DNA from: an uncultured Chloroflexia bacterium
GTDB lineage: Bacteria; Chloroflexota; Anaerolineae; CG2-30-64-16
Direction of reading: 5' to 3'
Length of the DNA stretch: 64,000 nucleotides
Assembly (NCBI GenBank): GCA_963810095.1
Contig: CAWEMM010000002.1
Span: 1-64,000, forward strand
The notes under the pieces are model-generated. The model was not told the origin of the DNA. It did not search any database and saw only the letters and a program-made list of their open reading frames with translations. A program made the translations under genes and the position numbers. Every line of letters begins with the position of its first letter. Positions within the stretch are counted from its first letter, which is position 1. Positions 1 to 12,215 of the stretch are shown one piece after another.

Positions 1-134
1 AGTGTCGTCGACTTGCCCGCGCCGTTGGCGCCGATCAGCGAGACGATCTCGCCCTGCTCGACGTTGAAGGAAACCCCTTGCAGGGCGTGGATGGCGCCGT
101 AGTAAACGTTAAGGTCATTGACGTCGAGTAACAT
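1..134 (-). CDS. livF: Branched-chain amino acid ABC transporter ATP-binding protein LivF (5' part; runs off window)
   Basis: Manual translation from ATG 134: MLLDVNDLNVYYGAIHALQGVSFNVEQGEIVSLIGANGAGKSTT (Walker A); directly follows livG. Confidence 0.9.
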   Translation of the reverse strand, partial: MLLDVNDLNVYYGAIHALQGVSFNVEQGEIVSLIGANGAGKSTT

Positions 135-135
135 C

Positions 136-934
136 TTAGTCCTTCCTGACGACGCCGGCTTTGGCGATGGCGCCCCGGCCCAGGTAGGCCTCGATCACCT
201 GCGGGTTGTCCTGGATCTCCTTCGGCGTGCCCCGCGCGATGACCTGCCCGAAGTCCATCACCGTCAAGCGCTCACAGATGTTCATGACAAGCCGCATCTG
301 GTGCTCGATCAGCAGGATCGTCAGGTTGAAGCGATCCCGGATGAAGTGGATCAGCTCCATCAGGCGGCCGATCTCGTTCGGATTCATGCCCGCGGCCGGC
401 TCGTCGAGCAGCAGCAGTTTCGGATTACTCGCCAGCGCACGGGCGATCTCCAGCCGGCGCTGCTCGCCGTAAGGCAGGTTCTTGGCGATTTCATCCTGCC
501 GGTTGTGCAGGTTGAAGACGGCCAGGAATTCCTGCGTGCGGTCGGTCAGCTCGCGTTCCAGACGGTCAAAGGAGCGCGGCGCGCATGACGCTTGCACCGA
601 CCCCATAGCCCGCGTGGTGGTGGTACGCGATGCGCACGTTGTCCAGCACGGTCAGGTTGGGGAACAGGCGGATGTTCTGGAAGGTGCGGGCAATGCCCAT
701 CTGGGTGACTTCGTGCGGCGCCTGCCCCGCGATGTTGTGCTCTTGGTACAGGATTTCCCCGCGGGTGGGCGTGTAGATGCCGGTGATCATGTTGAAGACC
801 GTGGTCTTGCCCGCGCCGTTGGGCCCGATCAAGCCCACCAGTTCGCCCGGATACACGTCGAGCTCGAAGTTGGACACGGCGCGCAACCCGCCGAAGACCT
901 TGTCCAGGTTTTTGATTTGCAGAAGCGGGTCCAT
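136..934 (-). CDS. livG: Branched-chain amino acid ABC transporter ATP-binding protein LivG (frameshift near 580-600, probably a sequencing error)
   Basis: N-half MDPLLQIKNL..GPNGAGKTT in ORF 566..1063; C-half LPYGEQRRLEIARALA..LLLDEPAAG in ORF 136..606. Confidence 0.9.
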
Positions 935-2274
935 TAGTGCGCCTCCACTTCCGGCCCGGTCGCGGCAACGATGGGCGCCTCCGGGGTCGATGCGGCCGAT
1001 TTGCCGGGCCCCCCGCCGAGCTTGCTGCTCAGCGGCCACTTCTTTGGTTTCAGGAAGCCCCACTCACGCCCGCCGAGCAGGCCCTGCTGGCGCAGCAGCA
1101 TGATCAGAAGCAGCGCAAGGGCGTAGATGACAAAGCGCCACCCTTCGCCGCCCTGCGGCAAGAGCGTTGGCAGCAGGTAGAAGAGCACGATGCCCCAGAT
1201 GATGCTGCCCAGCACCGTGCCCGTGACGCTGCCCAGGCCGCCGAACACGACGATGATCAACGGATCGAAGGCCTTCACGAAGTTGAATGTCGACGGGTGC
1301 AGGAAACCTTCCTGGTGGGCGAACAGCGAGCCCGCCAGCCCGGCGAAGAAGCTGCCGATGACAAACGTCAAGGTCTTGTATTGGGTCGTGTCGACGCCCA
1401 TGGACTTCGCCGCGATTTCGTCCTCGCGGACCGAGATGATGGCCCGGCCGTGGCTCGAGTCCAGCAGGTTCCGCGTCACGATGAGCACCGCGAGCAGGAA
1501 GAAGAAGACCCAGAACCAGTTGGTGATCGTCGGGATGCCGACCATCCCGCGCGAGCCCTTCATCTCGGGGAAGAGCTTGTCGGAGTTGTTGGCTGCCACC
1601 CAGACGACCATGGTGAGGCCCAGGGTTGCGATGCCGAAGTAGTCGCCGCCGAGCTTGAGCACGGGCTGGCCGAACAGGTATGCGATGAGCGCCGACACGC
1701 TGGCGGCACAGATCGTCGCCAGAAAGAACACCAGCTGCATGCTGAAGTCTGGCGGCAGCGCGCCGAGAATCGCATTGACCGGCGAGGTAAGCACGCGGGT
1801 GGCCAGTCCGCTGATGACGATGGCGACCCCTGTTGAGAGCAGGTACAGGGTAAAGCGCGACATCTCGTCCATGAACGATAGCTTGGCACGGATCAGCCTG
1901 CTCACCAGCGAGTAGAACACAGCCAGCAGGATGACGGCCAGCAGCACAAAGAGCAGGCCCGAGCTGTTGCCGTTTGCCCAGCGATAGGTGATGTCTGCCG
2001 CAGTGTAGGCGCCGATCGCGTAGAGGCCCCATTGGCCCAGCGAAAACTGGCCGTTGAAGCCATAGATCAGGTTGAGGCCGAGTGCGACGATCGCCATGAC
2101 GCCGGATGACAGGAAAATGCGCTGAGCAAAGGCGCCGCTGATCGTGCTGATAAACGGGATATTGGTGTTTCCCAGAGCGAAGAACGCCTGCACCAGCAGG
2201 TACACGGCGACCGCGCCGAGCCAGAATCCAAGGCTCTGCCCGAGAAAGATCCGCTTTCCGAAGAACTGCTTCAT
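934..2274 (-). CDS. livM: Branched-chain amino acid ABC transporter permease LivM
   Basis: Polytopic membrane protein; GLNLIYGFNGQFSLG, GDYFGIATLG, REDEIAAKSMG motifs. Confidence 0.9.
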   Translation of the reverse strand: MKQFFGKRIFLGQSLGFWLGAVAVYLLVQAFFALGNTNIPFISTISGAFAQRIFLSSGVMAIVALGLNLIYGFNGQFSLGQWGLYAIGAYTAADITYRWANGNSSGLLFVLLAVILLAVFYSLVSRLIRAKLSFMDEMSRFTLYLLSTGVAIVISGLATRVLTSPVNAILGALPPDFSMQLVFFLATICAASVSALIAYLFGQPVLKLGGDYFGIATLGLTMVVWVAANNSDKLFPEMKGSRGMVGIPTITNWFWVFFFLLAVLIVTRNLLDSSHGRAIISVREDEIAAKSMGVDTTQYKTLTFVIGSFFAGLAGSLFAHQEGFLHPSTFNFVKAFDPLIIVVFGGLGSVTGTVLGSIIWGIVLFYLLPTLLPQGGEGWRFVIYALALLLIMLLRQQGLLGGREWGFLKPKKWPLSSKLGGGPGKSAASTPEAPIVAATGPEVEAH

Positions 2275-2284
2275 GCCTACCCCC

Positions 2285-3391
2285 TCAGACCTTGTCGCTC
2301 TGCGGCTCGCCGAACAGGCCTTGCGGCCGGACGAGGAGGACGATGATCAGGATCCCGAAGGCAATGGCATCACGAAGCGTCGACGACAACGCATGCGCGC
2401 TCAGCGCTTCAGCCTGGCCGATGATCAGGCCGCCGACAAACGCGCCGGGGATGCTGCCAATGCCGCCCAGCACTGCGGCCACAAAGGCCTTAAGGCCGGG
2501 CATGATGCCCATAAAGGTATAGATCTGCGGATAGGCGATCGCATACAAGACGCTGGCTACCGCGGCGAGCGCTGCGCCGAGAACGAAGGTGAACGTGATG
2601 ACGCCGTCCACGTTGATGCCCATCAGTCGGGCGGTCGGCTTGTCGAACGAGGAGGCGCGCATCGCCTTGCCCATCTTGGTCTTCAAGACGATCCATTGCA
2701 GGAGCAGTAAGGCCACGATCGCGGTGGCGACGACGATCAGAGTGATATTGGATATACGCACGCCCCCGATCTCCCAGCTAGTGGCGGCAAGCGGCCGCGT
2801 GTAGGACACGTAGTTGGAAGTAAACACGAAGGGCAGCGCACCATAGTATTCCAGGAAGAAGGAGACGCCGATAGCGGTAATGAGTGCGGCAATGCGGGGC
2901 GCATTGCGAAGCGGCTTGTACGCGACCCGCTCGATCGTCGCGGCCATGATCCCGCAGACGAGCATGGACAGCGCGACCACCAGCAGCGTACCCAAGGCCG
3001 AGGAAAGCCAGCCGGGCAACTGTCCGAAGATCAGCTCGGGCAGCTTGTTGACGCTGTAACGGGTGATCGCGTAGTAACTGACAAACGCGCCGACCATGAA
3101 AATGTCGCCGTGTGCGAAGTTGATCAAGCGGACAATGCCGTAGACCATCGTGTAACCCAGGGCGATCAGCGCGTACATGAAGCCGAGCTGGAATCCGTTG
3201 ATGACCTGTTCGACGAACAGGATGGGATTGGCGACGAGGCTGCGAGCCAGAATGATCACCGCGCCGATCCCGAGCATAGCCAGGAAGGCCCATCCCAAAC
3301 CTGAGCGGGCCAGGCGAGACGATAGGGGAACGCCGGAAGCGCTGGCCCCGGGTCCGCCTTGTGGGACGGACTTTTGCATTGATGTACCCAT
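2285..3391 (-). CDS. livH: Branched-chain amino acid ABC transporter permease LivH
   Basis: YALIALGYTMVYGIVRLINFAHG and KAFVAAVLGGIGSIPGA motifs; start 3391 chosen from the GAGGTG RBS. Confidence 0.9.
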   Translation of the reverse strand: MGTSMQKSVPQGGPGASASGVPLSSRLARSGLGWAFLAMLGIGAVIILARSLVANPILFVEQVINGFQLGFMYALIALGYTMVYGIVRLINFAHGDIFMVGAFVSYYAITRYSVNKLPELIFGQLPGWLSSALGTLLVVALSMLVCGIMAATIERVAYKPLRNAPRIAALITAIGVSFFLEYYGALPFVFTSNYVSYTRPLAATSWEIGGVRISNITLIVVATAIVALLLLQWIVLKTKMGKAMRASSFDKPTARLMGINVDGVITFTFVLGAALAAVASVLYAIAYPQIYTFMGIMPGLKAFVAAVLGGIGSIPGAFVGGLIIGQAEALSAHALSSTLRDAIAFGILIIVLLVRPQGLFGEPQSDKV

Positions 3392-3596
3392 ACCTGCACC
3401 TCGCGGTACGTCTGCGTTTGGCGACTGTCGGCGGCAGGTTGCCGCCGGCGTGTCAGCTGCCGACACGGATGCCTTTGGCTGGCATGCCGCCTGATAGCAA
3501 ACCGCCTGTAGGGGCGGACGAGACCGCTGCATGTTGCGGCGGCCTCGCCCACCCACACAGGCGGGCTAGGTCAAGCCTTCGTCAAACCGTGGTGCG

Positions 3597-4745
3597 TCAC
3601 GGAGCGACGAACTTCACGAACTCGGTCTTCCCACCGGTGACGGCCGTGATGGCCGCAGCCTTGATGGGATCGCCGTTCTTGTCCATGGTGATCTTGCCAG
3701 AGACGCCTTCGAAGTTGATGTTCTGCATGGCATCCTTGACCACCGACGGATCCGCGGTCTTCGCATTCTGGATCGAGTTGAAGAGGATGTTGGCCGCGTC
3801 GTAGGCGAGAACGGCGAGCGCGTCAGGCGCCGCGCCGTACTTCTCGGTGTAGGTCTTGATGAAGTTCTGCACCACCGGGCGAGGATCCGCCGGCGAGTAG
3901 TGGTTCGAGAAGAAGCCGCCGTCGAGGGCCTGGAGGTCCAGCTCGGGCGAGTCCCAACCATCGCCGCCCATCATGGGGGCGGTGATGCCGCGCTCGCGCG
4001 CCTGCTTGCCGATGAGGCTGACCTTGTTGTAGTAATCGGGCAGGAACATGACGTCGACATTCGCGTCCTTGACCTTGGAGAGCAGCACGCTGAAGTCGGT
4101 GTCGTCCTTGTTGTAGGCCTCGTACACCTTGACGGTGCCGCCCATCTTCTCGTAGGCCTTCTTGATGTATTCGCCGAGGCCGCGGACGTAGTCGTTGCCT
4201 TGATCATACAGGATGGCCGCGGTCTTCAGGCCCTTGTCCTTGTACGCAAAGGAGGCCAGCACGTCGCCCTGGAAGGGATCCAGGAAGCATGCGCGGAAGG
4301 TGTACGGTTTGTGGTTCCCATTCGCATCCACCGTCACGGCCGGGTTGGTCGAGGTGGGGCTGATCTGGAGCACCTTCTTGGCGTTGGCCACTTCAGACAC
4401 CGGGATCGAGGCGCTCGAGCAAACCTCGCCGATGATGAAGCCGACCTTGTCCTGTTCGATGACCTTGGTGGCCTGGTTCCGGGCTTCCTGTGCATCGCAG
4501 CGCGAATCGCCGCTGACGGTTTCGATCTTGTTGCCGAGCAGGCCGCCCTTGGCGTTCCATTCCTCGACGGCCAGATCGACGCCCTGCTTGCTGGACTTGC
4601 CGAAGGTGGCAACGTCACCCGTCATGGGGAAGAGCTCGGCCACTTTGACCTTCTGGCTGGCGGCTGGGGCTGCGCCCGGGGCCGCGGACGAGGTCATGAC
4701 GATGGCCAAGAGAAGCAGGACGCTGACGACTTTAAGAGCACGCAT
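3597..4745 (-). CDS. livK: Branched-chain amino acid ABC transporter substrate-binding protein (LivJ/LivK family)
   Basis: Signal peptide, GEVCSSAS and GGDGWD motifs, AGGAGG RBS, first gene of the liv operon. Confidence 0.85.
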   Translation of the reverse strand: MRALKVVSVLLLLAIVMTSSAAPGAAPAASQKVKVAELFPMTGDVATFGKSSKQGVDLAVEEWNAKGGLLGNKIETVSGDSRCDAQEARNQATKVIEQDKVGFIIGEVCSSASIPVSEVANAKKVLQISPTSTNPAVTVDANGNHKPYTFRACFLDPFQGDVLASFAYKDKGLKTAAILYDQGNDYVRGLGEYIKKAYEKMGGTVKVYEAYNKDDTDFSVLLSKVKDANVDVMFLPDYYNKVSLIGKQARERGITAPMMGGDGWDSPELDLQALDGGFFSNHYSPADPRPVVQNFIKTYTEKYGAAPDALAVLAYDAANILFNSIQNAKTADPSVVKDAMQNINFEGVSGKITMDKNGDPIKAAAITAVTGGKTEFVKFVAP

Positions 4746-5037
4746 AGAAATCTCCTCCTGATGAACTTGGGGCTGTAGAGATGATGTGAGCTATGACCAG
4801 TGGCAAGGCGTGGGCCCCGGCTTCACGCACGTGTGGCGCCCGGGTACACAGTTCTGCCCTGGGGCGGCTTCGCAATGTATGTGCGAACGGGTTTCACCTC
4901 CCTGGTATCGAATAAACAACTGTCCAGACCCTGTTGGGTTTTCCCCTATTCGAGCGGCATTGCATCCGTCCGATAGATCTGGTCGACACGAGGCTACTAG
5001 GAGGACAGTCATCTGGCCTACAGATGAACTGCCGTGG

Positions 5038-5066
5038 ATTATAATGACTACCTGCGGGGCTGTCAA
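5038..5066 (-). promoter_or_regulatory. Consensus sigma70 promoter for the liv operon
   Basis: Minus strand TTGACA-17 nt-TATAAT, exact consensus. Confidence 0.8.
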
Positions 5067-5071
5067 GCAGC

Positions 5072-5100
5072 TTGACAGAGATAAAGGCTGGTTCTATAAT
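5072..5100 (+). promoter_or_regulatory. Consensus sigma70 promoter, divergent from the liv promoter
   Basis: TTGACA-gagataaaggctggttc (17 nt)-TATAAT, exact consensus. Confidence 0.8.
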
Positions 5101-5217
5101 CGCACCATCTCTCGCGGCGGCTCGGCCCGCTGGATATTTCTGCCCTCATTTCCCTCGGTTGGGAACAGATGGCGTCCTGCGGGATGCACCTTCGCTTCGA
5201 AAGGAGCCCTTGGCATT

Positions 5218-5617
5218 ATGCAGCGTCCGTTCTTATATCGCCGGCCGGTCATCAGCCTGATCCTCATTCTGCAGGTCATTCCCCTCTTGCTGTTCACGTC
5301 CGACGTGTATGCGCCCGGCTCGCAGGAGTGGTGGCTGCCTGCCATGCTCACGGTCATGGCACTGGTCGGAGTGGTGAACATTTTGCTGCGAGGGGGAAGC
5401 CAACTCTGGCCGTGGCTCCTGATCGTCGTTCGTCCAGGGTGTCAACATCATCTCGCGCTTGATGCTGGTCTGGCCGCAGGCTTCCGTCTCGGTGGGCGGC
5501 ACGACAGTGCTGAAGCCCGGGTACATCGCTGCCACCGCCGTCGCACTCCTGTTGTCTTTCTTCATGCTGTGGTACACGGAAAAGCCGGCGGTCCGTGAGG
5601 GCCTGCTGCGCGGCTAA
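5218..5617 (+). CDS. Small membrane protein of unknown function, about 4 TM (frameshift near 5430)
   Basis: AAGGAG RBS; MQRPFLYRRPVISLILILQVIPLLLF... continues in another frame as FVQGVNIISRLMLVW...LLRG*. Confidence 0.6.
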
Positions 5618-5624
5618 ACCCAGT

Positions 5625-5680
5625 CGTTAAACACAAAGACACCAGGACGCTTAAGCGTCCTGGTGTCTTTGTGTTTAACG
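5625..5680. repeat. Perfect 56-bp palindrome, member of the AACACAAAG 9-nt-periodic REP-like family
   Basis: cgttaaacacaaagacaccaggacgctt|aagcgtcctggtgtctttgtgtttaacg, between convergent genes. Confidence 0.9.
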
Positions 5681-5686
5681 GACAAC

Positions 5687-6127
5687 TCACGCCGTGGGCG
5701 GTTCTTCCACCGGCGGCGCGGCGACCGGTATCTGCTCGCCCGGCTCCGGCCGGTTTGCGCCGAAGGGGTCCTGCGCGGCCTCGCCCTGCATCACCAGTTC
5801 GCCGTGGAAGTGCGCGCCCTCGTCGAGCAGGAACGTCTGGACGTTGATAATCCCCCAGAGCCGGCCGCCCTCCAGCAACTCGACGCGGTCGGCCGTGATG
5901 TTCCCCTTGTAAGCGCCCGCAACGGACACGGTCTTGGCTCTGATGTCTGCCATGACCCGGGCGCCTTCGCTGATGAGCACGTTGCCCAACGTCTCGATCA
6001 TCCCGCCCTCGACTGCGCCGTCGAGTCGTACACTGCCCTCGCAACGAAGCCGGCCGTCAAACGACGCGCGCGGGCCAATGATGACGTCGATCTGATCCGG
6101 CGCAGGCCGGGAATTGCGCTTGAACAA
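5687..6127 (-). CDS. Bactofilin (polymer-forming cytoskeletal protein, CcmA family)
   Basis: Beta-helix pattern IIGPRASFDGRL..VRLDGAVEG..LISEGARVMADI..LDEGAHFHGE; GGAGG RBS, TTG start. Confidence 0.85.
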   Translation of the reverse strand: MFKRNSRPAPDQIDVIIGPRASFDGRLRCEGSVRLDGAVEGGMIETLGNVLISEGARVMADIRAKTVSVAGAYKGNITADRVELLEGGRLWGIINVQTFLLDEGAHFHGELVMQGEAAQDPFGANRPEPGEQIPVAAPPVEEPPTA

Positions 6128-6184
6128 GGTATCCCTCCGATTTGCGAAACCCGGTGTCTCCGAAGAAACCCAGTTACCGTATGA

Positions 6185-6634
6185 CTACTCTTGCGCTCTG
6201 GCCTTCTCGATGGCTTGCTTTTCTTCGTCCGTCAGCGCGTAGACCGAGTCCCACCCGATCAGCGGTTTGCCGTACACCCGGGTGACATCCCTGCTGTGGA
6301 GGCTGCTGACCACGAAGCCGTTGCCCTCGCCGTCGGCCAGCGCCAGCGCAAAGCTTTGATCCCCGCCGGCATCACGGAAAGGGTTGAAGCGCAAGAAGCC
6401 CACCCGCTGCATGTGGCGCCGGCCCGAGCGTTCGAGGGAGCGGGCGAGCGCATCCACCTCGCGTACACACTCGGAGGTCTCGCGCACCTCGCGCACGTGC
6501 GCTTCCAGCACTTCCTGCAGGCTGCCCCCGTCCGTCCCCTGGGTCAGCGCCTGGTAGCGTTGTTCGACCGTGCGCAGCCGCACCGCGAGCCAGGCCACTG
6601 CACCCAGCGCGACGAGCGACAGCACGCCGAGCAC
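6185..6634 (-). CDS. DUF4446-like membrane-anchored protein (true start probably about 6683 with an indel)
   Basis: N-terminal TM; RFNPFRDAGGDQSFALAL..G.VVSSLHSR..RVYGKP..EEKQAI motif. Confidence 0.75.
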   Translation of the reverse strand: MLGVLSLVALGAVAWLAVRLRTVEQRYQALTQGTDGGSLQEVLEAHVREVRETSECVREVDALARSLERSGRRHMQRVGFLRFNPFRDAGGDQSFALALADGEGNGFVVSSLHSRDVTRVYGKPLIGWDSVYALTDEEKQAIEKARAQE

Positions 6635-6684
6635 CGGGACAATCCAGCCGATGTTCCATGTCAGCCAACCCCCCGCGACCCATC

Positions 6685-7662
6685 CTACACCTTTGCCTTT
6701 TCCATCAGGTCGCCGATGGACTTGCCCAGGTGGATGCGGGTGATCACGTCGGCGAGCAGCTGGGCGATCGACACGACGGTGATCTTAGGGTGGTTGCGGA
6801 TGGCTTCGGGCTGGCAGATCGTGTCGGAGATCACCAGCCCCTTGATGCGCGGGTCTTCGAGGCGCTTGAGCGCCGAGTCGAGCAGGACGCCGTGCGTGAT
6901 CGCCAGGTAAGCTTCCTCGCGCGCGCCCGCCTTGTACAGCGCTTCGAGCTCATCCAGCACGCTGCCGCCGGCAATGACGTCGTCGATGATAATCGGCATC
7001 TTGCCGACAATGTCGCCGACCACGTGAGATGCCTTGACTTTTTCCTCGCTCTCCCGGCGTTTGTGCATCACGACCAGGGGCAAGTTCAGCGCTTCCGCGT
7101 AACGCCCGGCAAACTTGGCCCGGCCAACATCCGGCGAGACGATCGCCGCGTCCGCGAATTCCGGCCTGTTGAAGTATTCCGCCAGGGCAGGCAGGGCGCT
7201 GAGCGGGTCGACCGGAACGTCGAAGAACCCTTGCGTTGCCGGGGCGTGCACGTCGAAGTAGATGACGCGTCCCACGCCCATCGATTCGAGCATGGTCGCG
7301 ACGACCTTGGCACTGATCGCTTCGCGCCCGTTTGCCATGCGCTCCTGCCGCCCGTACGGGTAGTAGGGGATGACGGCCGTGATCTCATGCGCGGATGCCC
7401 GGCGAAACGCGTCGATGTAGAGCATGAGCTCCATCAGGTTGTCATTGACGGGGCGCGAGCAGGGCTGGATGAGGAACACGTCCTGATCGCGGACAACTTC
7501 GTTGATCATGACGTGGATTTCGCTGTCGTTCAACTTGGTTGTCTTGCAACTGCCTAGAGGCGTCTCGATGCCAAGTTGAAGCCCGGCAAGCTCGGCCACG
7601 GCCTCTGCCAATGGTACGTTGGCAGACCCCGAAAAAATACGAAGTGGGTGATGTGCTCCCAT
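6685..7662 (-). CDS. prs: Ribose-phosphate pyrophosphokinase
   Basis: [22 protein letters not shown] and [14 protein letters not shown]-binding motifs. Confidence 0.92.
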   Translation of the reverse strand: MGAHHPLRIFSGSANVPLAEAVAELAGLQLGIETPLGSCKTTKLNDSEIHVMINEVVRDQDVFLIQPCSRPVNDNLMELMLYIDAFRRASAHEITAVIPYYPYGRQERMANGREAISAKVVATMLESMGVGRVIYFDVHAPATQGFFDVPVDPLSALPALAEYFNRPEFADAAIVSPDVGRAKFAGRYAEALNLPLVVMHKRRESEEKVKASHVVGDIVGKMPIIIDDVIAGGSVLDELEALYKAGAREEAYLAITHGVLLDSALKRLEDPRIKGLVISDTICQPEAIRNHPKITVVSIAQLLADVITRIHLGKSIGDLMEKAKV

Positions 7663-7831
7663 GAGGACCTCCGCAAGCCGGCAAAGAGATCCGGCTTGCC
7701 TGTATAAGAGTGACTATGATAGCATGCACGACCGTTGCCGCCAAACCAGGCCATGATTCTTGGGACGGTTCGTGTCTTGTATTTCAGCGTTACCGCGGCG
7801 GCTGCCCGCGTAAAGACCGAAGGAGAAAGCC

Positions 7832-8455
7832 GTGCAGAAATTGCTCGTAGCGACGCATAACCAGGGCAAGGTGCGCGAATACCGCGAACTGCTCGCCGGA
7901 TTGCCGCTCGAAGTGACCTATCTCGACGCCGAGGGCATCACCTTCGAAGTCGAAGAGACGGGGGCTACGTTGGCAGAAAACGCCGTGCTGAAGGCGACGA
8001 CGTATGCACAGCTCAGCGGCCTGTGGACGTGGGCCGACGATTCGGGTCTCCTGGTCGACGCGCTGGGCGGCGCACCCGGCGTCTATTCTGCCCGGTATGC
8101 CGGCGAGGGCGCGACGGATGCCGATCGCTATCGCAAGCTGCTCGACGCGCTGACCGCCGTGCCCTGGGAGCGACGTACGGCGCGTTTCCGTTGTACCGTG
8201 GCGCTGGCGACGCCGCAGGGCCAAGTCCGCACGGCGGAAGGGGCGTGCGAAGGGCGCATCGCATTCGGTCCCGTCGGTGACAACGGCTTCGGCTATGACC
8301 CCGTGTTCTACATGCCCGACCACGGCTTGACGATGGCGCAGCTGCCCCCCGAACTCAAGAACCAGGTCAGTCACCGAGCGAGGGCCTCGCAGGCCGCGCT
8401 CGGATTGCTCGAAGGCATGCTGGCAGGGGCAGGCCGAGAAGAGGCGTCTACCTGA
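7832..8455 (+). CDS. rdgB: XTP/dITP diphosphatase (Ham1/RdgB family)
   Basis: ATHNQGKVRE, ADDSGL, PGVYSARY, GFGYDPVF and SHR motifs. Confidence 0.93.
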   Translation: MQKLLVATHNQGKVREYRELLAGLPLEVTYLDAEGITFEVEETGATLAENAVLKATTYAQLSGLWTWADDSGLLVDALGGAPGVYSARYAGEGATDADRYRKLLDALTAVPWERRTARFRCTVALATPQGQVRTAEGACEGRIAFGPVGDNGFGYDPVFYMPDHGLTMAQLPPELKNQVSHRARASQAALGLLEGMLAGAGREEAST

Positions 8456-9209
8456 GCCGCTCCAGGAATGCTTGCACCGCGGCCCCGACCGGCTCGGGCT
8501 GCTGGATGGCGGCCATGTGTCCCGCATCCGGAAGGATCACCAGCTCGGACCCGGCGATCTGGTCGTGCAAAGACTGGCTGAGCTTCAGGGGCGTCATTAC
8601 ATCTGCGCTGCCGCAGACGATCAGCGTGGGGAGCTCGATCCGAGCGACGTCGGCGCGGCGGTCGAACGTGTCACAGGCCACGAAATCCGCATGCAGCACC
8701 TCTGGCGGCACCTCGCGCAGCCGGCGCGCGCCCAGCCTGAGCAGGTTCGGGTCGGCCCAGTCACCGTACATCCATCGCACCAGCAGATCGACCGTTCCAT
8801 CGCGGTCGTTCAGCACGCCCGCCAGCAGCTGGGGCGCCACCCGCAGCCGCGCGCCCGTGCTCACCAGGACAAGGCCCGCCAGCCCGCCGGGGTGGCGCAA
8901 CGCATACTCGACGGCGACTGCGCCGCCCATCGAGTGCCCGGCTAGCACGAACTTCGGCAGCCCCAGGTCGTCGGCCCAGCGCCTGACGGCTTCGGCGTAG
9001 TCAGCAACCGCGGTGAACCCGACCCCGGCGCTCTTGCCGTGTCCGGGCAGGTCCAGCGCATAAACCCGGTGGCCCGGCAGTCGCCGCAGGTTGGCCGGCC
9101 AGTGCATCAGGTCGCCGCCTGCGCCGTGAACCAGCACCAGCGGGGGGCCGCCCGGGTTCGCGCCCCCGGCGTATTCCTTATGGTAGAGGCTCGCGGGCTT
9201 CGTGTTCAT
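8448..9209 (-). CDS. Alpha/beta fold hydrolase
   Basis: HGAGG, DLPGHGKS, GHSMGG nucleophile elbow, D and GH catalytic residues. Confidence 0.88.
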   Translation of the reverse strand: MNTKPASLYHKEYAGGANPGGPPLVLVHGAGGDLMHWPANLRRLPGHRVYALDLPGHGKSAGVGFTAVADYAEAVRRWADDLGLPKFVLAGHSMGGAVAVEYALRHPGGLAGLVLVSTGARLRVAPQLLAGVLNDRDGTVDLLVRWMYGDWADPNLLRLGARRLREVPPEVLHADFVACDTFDRRADVARIELPTLIVCGSADVMTPLKLSQSLHDQIAGSELVILPDAGHMAAIQQPEPVGAAVQAFLERLR

Positions 9210-9754
9210 CCCCGGCCCTCGCCCCCGTCTGTCCCGGCGTCTCCGCCCGCACGGCCCGCACCACCGTGTTCTAACCCTTCGTGTCCCAGCGCAGCCTTCA
9301 GCTCGTCATACGTTTCTTCAAGCGTCTGGGGGATGACGCGCGTATCGGCGAAAAGCGGCATGAAGTTAGTGTCGCCTGCCCAGCGCGGGACGGCATGGAG
9401 GTGGACGTGATCCTTCACGCCCGCGCCCGCAACCTTACCGATATTCCCCCCGACGTTGAAGCCTTCCGGATGCCAGGCGCGCCGCAGCGCGGCGAGCCCG
9501 CGCGTCAACAACCCCATCAACTCCGCCATTTCCTCGGCCGAGAGCAACTCGAGCGTGTCGACGTGGCGGTAGGGCACGGACATGAAGTGGCCGTTGTTAT
9601 ACGGGTAGCGGTTAAGCACGAGAAAGGCGTGGCGCCCTCGCTGCAAGATGAGTGCCGCGCGGTCGTCCATCTCCAGCATCTCACAGAAGATGCACCCGTC
9701 CTGCTTTGCGCTCCGGATGTACTCCATCCGCCACGGGGTAAAGAGATAGTCCAT
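9206..9754 (-). CDS. HIT family protein (Ap4A hydrolase/phosphorylase-like)
   Basis: PWRMEYI, CIFC, LNRYPYNNGH, HVHLHAVPRW.GD.NFM. Confidence 0.88.
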   Translation of the reverse strand: MDYLFTPWRMEYIRSAKQDGCIFCEMLEMDDRAALILQRGRHAFLVLNRYPYNNGHFMSVPYRHVDTLELLSAEEMAELMGLLTRGLAALRRAWHPEGFNVGGNIGKVAGAGVKDHVHLHAVPRWAGDTNFMPLFADTRVIPQTLEETYDELKAALGHEGLEHGGAGRAGGDAGTDGGEGRG

Positions 9755-9870
9755 CGGTTTTTCCTTAGCCACAGAGGACCCGGAAGACGCCGAGATCTGT
9801 TTGAGAGGTGCAGCAAATGCCCCTGGCAAGGCCGTCTCTGCGCTCTCCTTGTCCTCTGTGGCAGAAAGAA

Positions 9871-11916
<2,046 letters not shown>

Positions 11917-12045
11917 AATAAACTCTCCAGGTGTTGGTTCGCAAACGAAGCCAGTGTAGCACTGTCACGCGAAGTGCGTCAACGGCACGCGTCATACAGT
12001 TCAGGCAGTGCCGCCTGGAATTTCGCGCAACGCCAGGCGTTTTGG

Positions 12046-12128
12046 AACGCGAAGACGCGAAGGTGGACGAAGATCACGAAGCGCGAAGTCCGCGAAGAAC
12101 GTGCACCAGCGCGCTTCGTGGCTTCGTG
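12046..12128. repeat. Degenerate 9-nt-periodic palindromic element (CGCGAAGAC variant)
   Basis: aacgcgaagacgcgaag...cacgaagcgcgaag...cttcgtggcttcgtg. Confidence 0.6.
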
Positions 12129-12215
12129 TGCCAACCCGGTTCGCACAAACGCTTGAACCGCCCGTGGCGTTGGGCCGGGTGGTTCGGCGCCCGTTAGGTG
12201 TGTTACACTCGTCCC

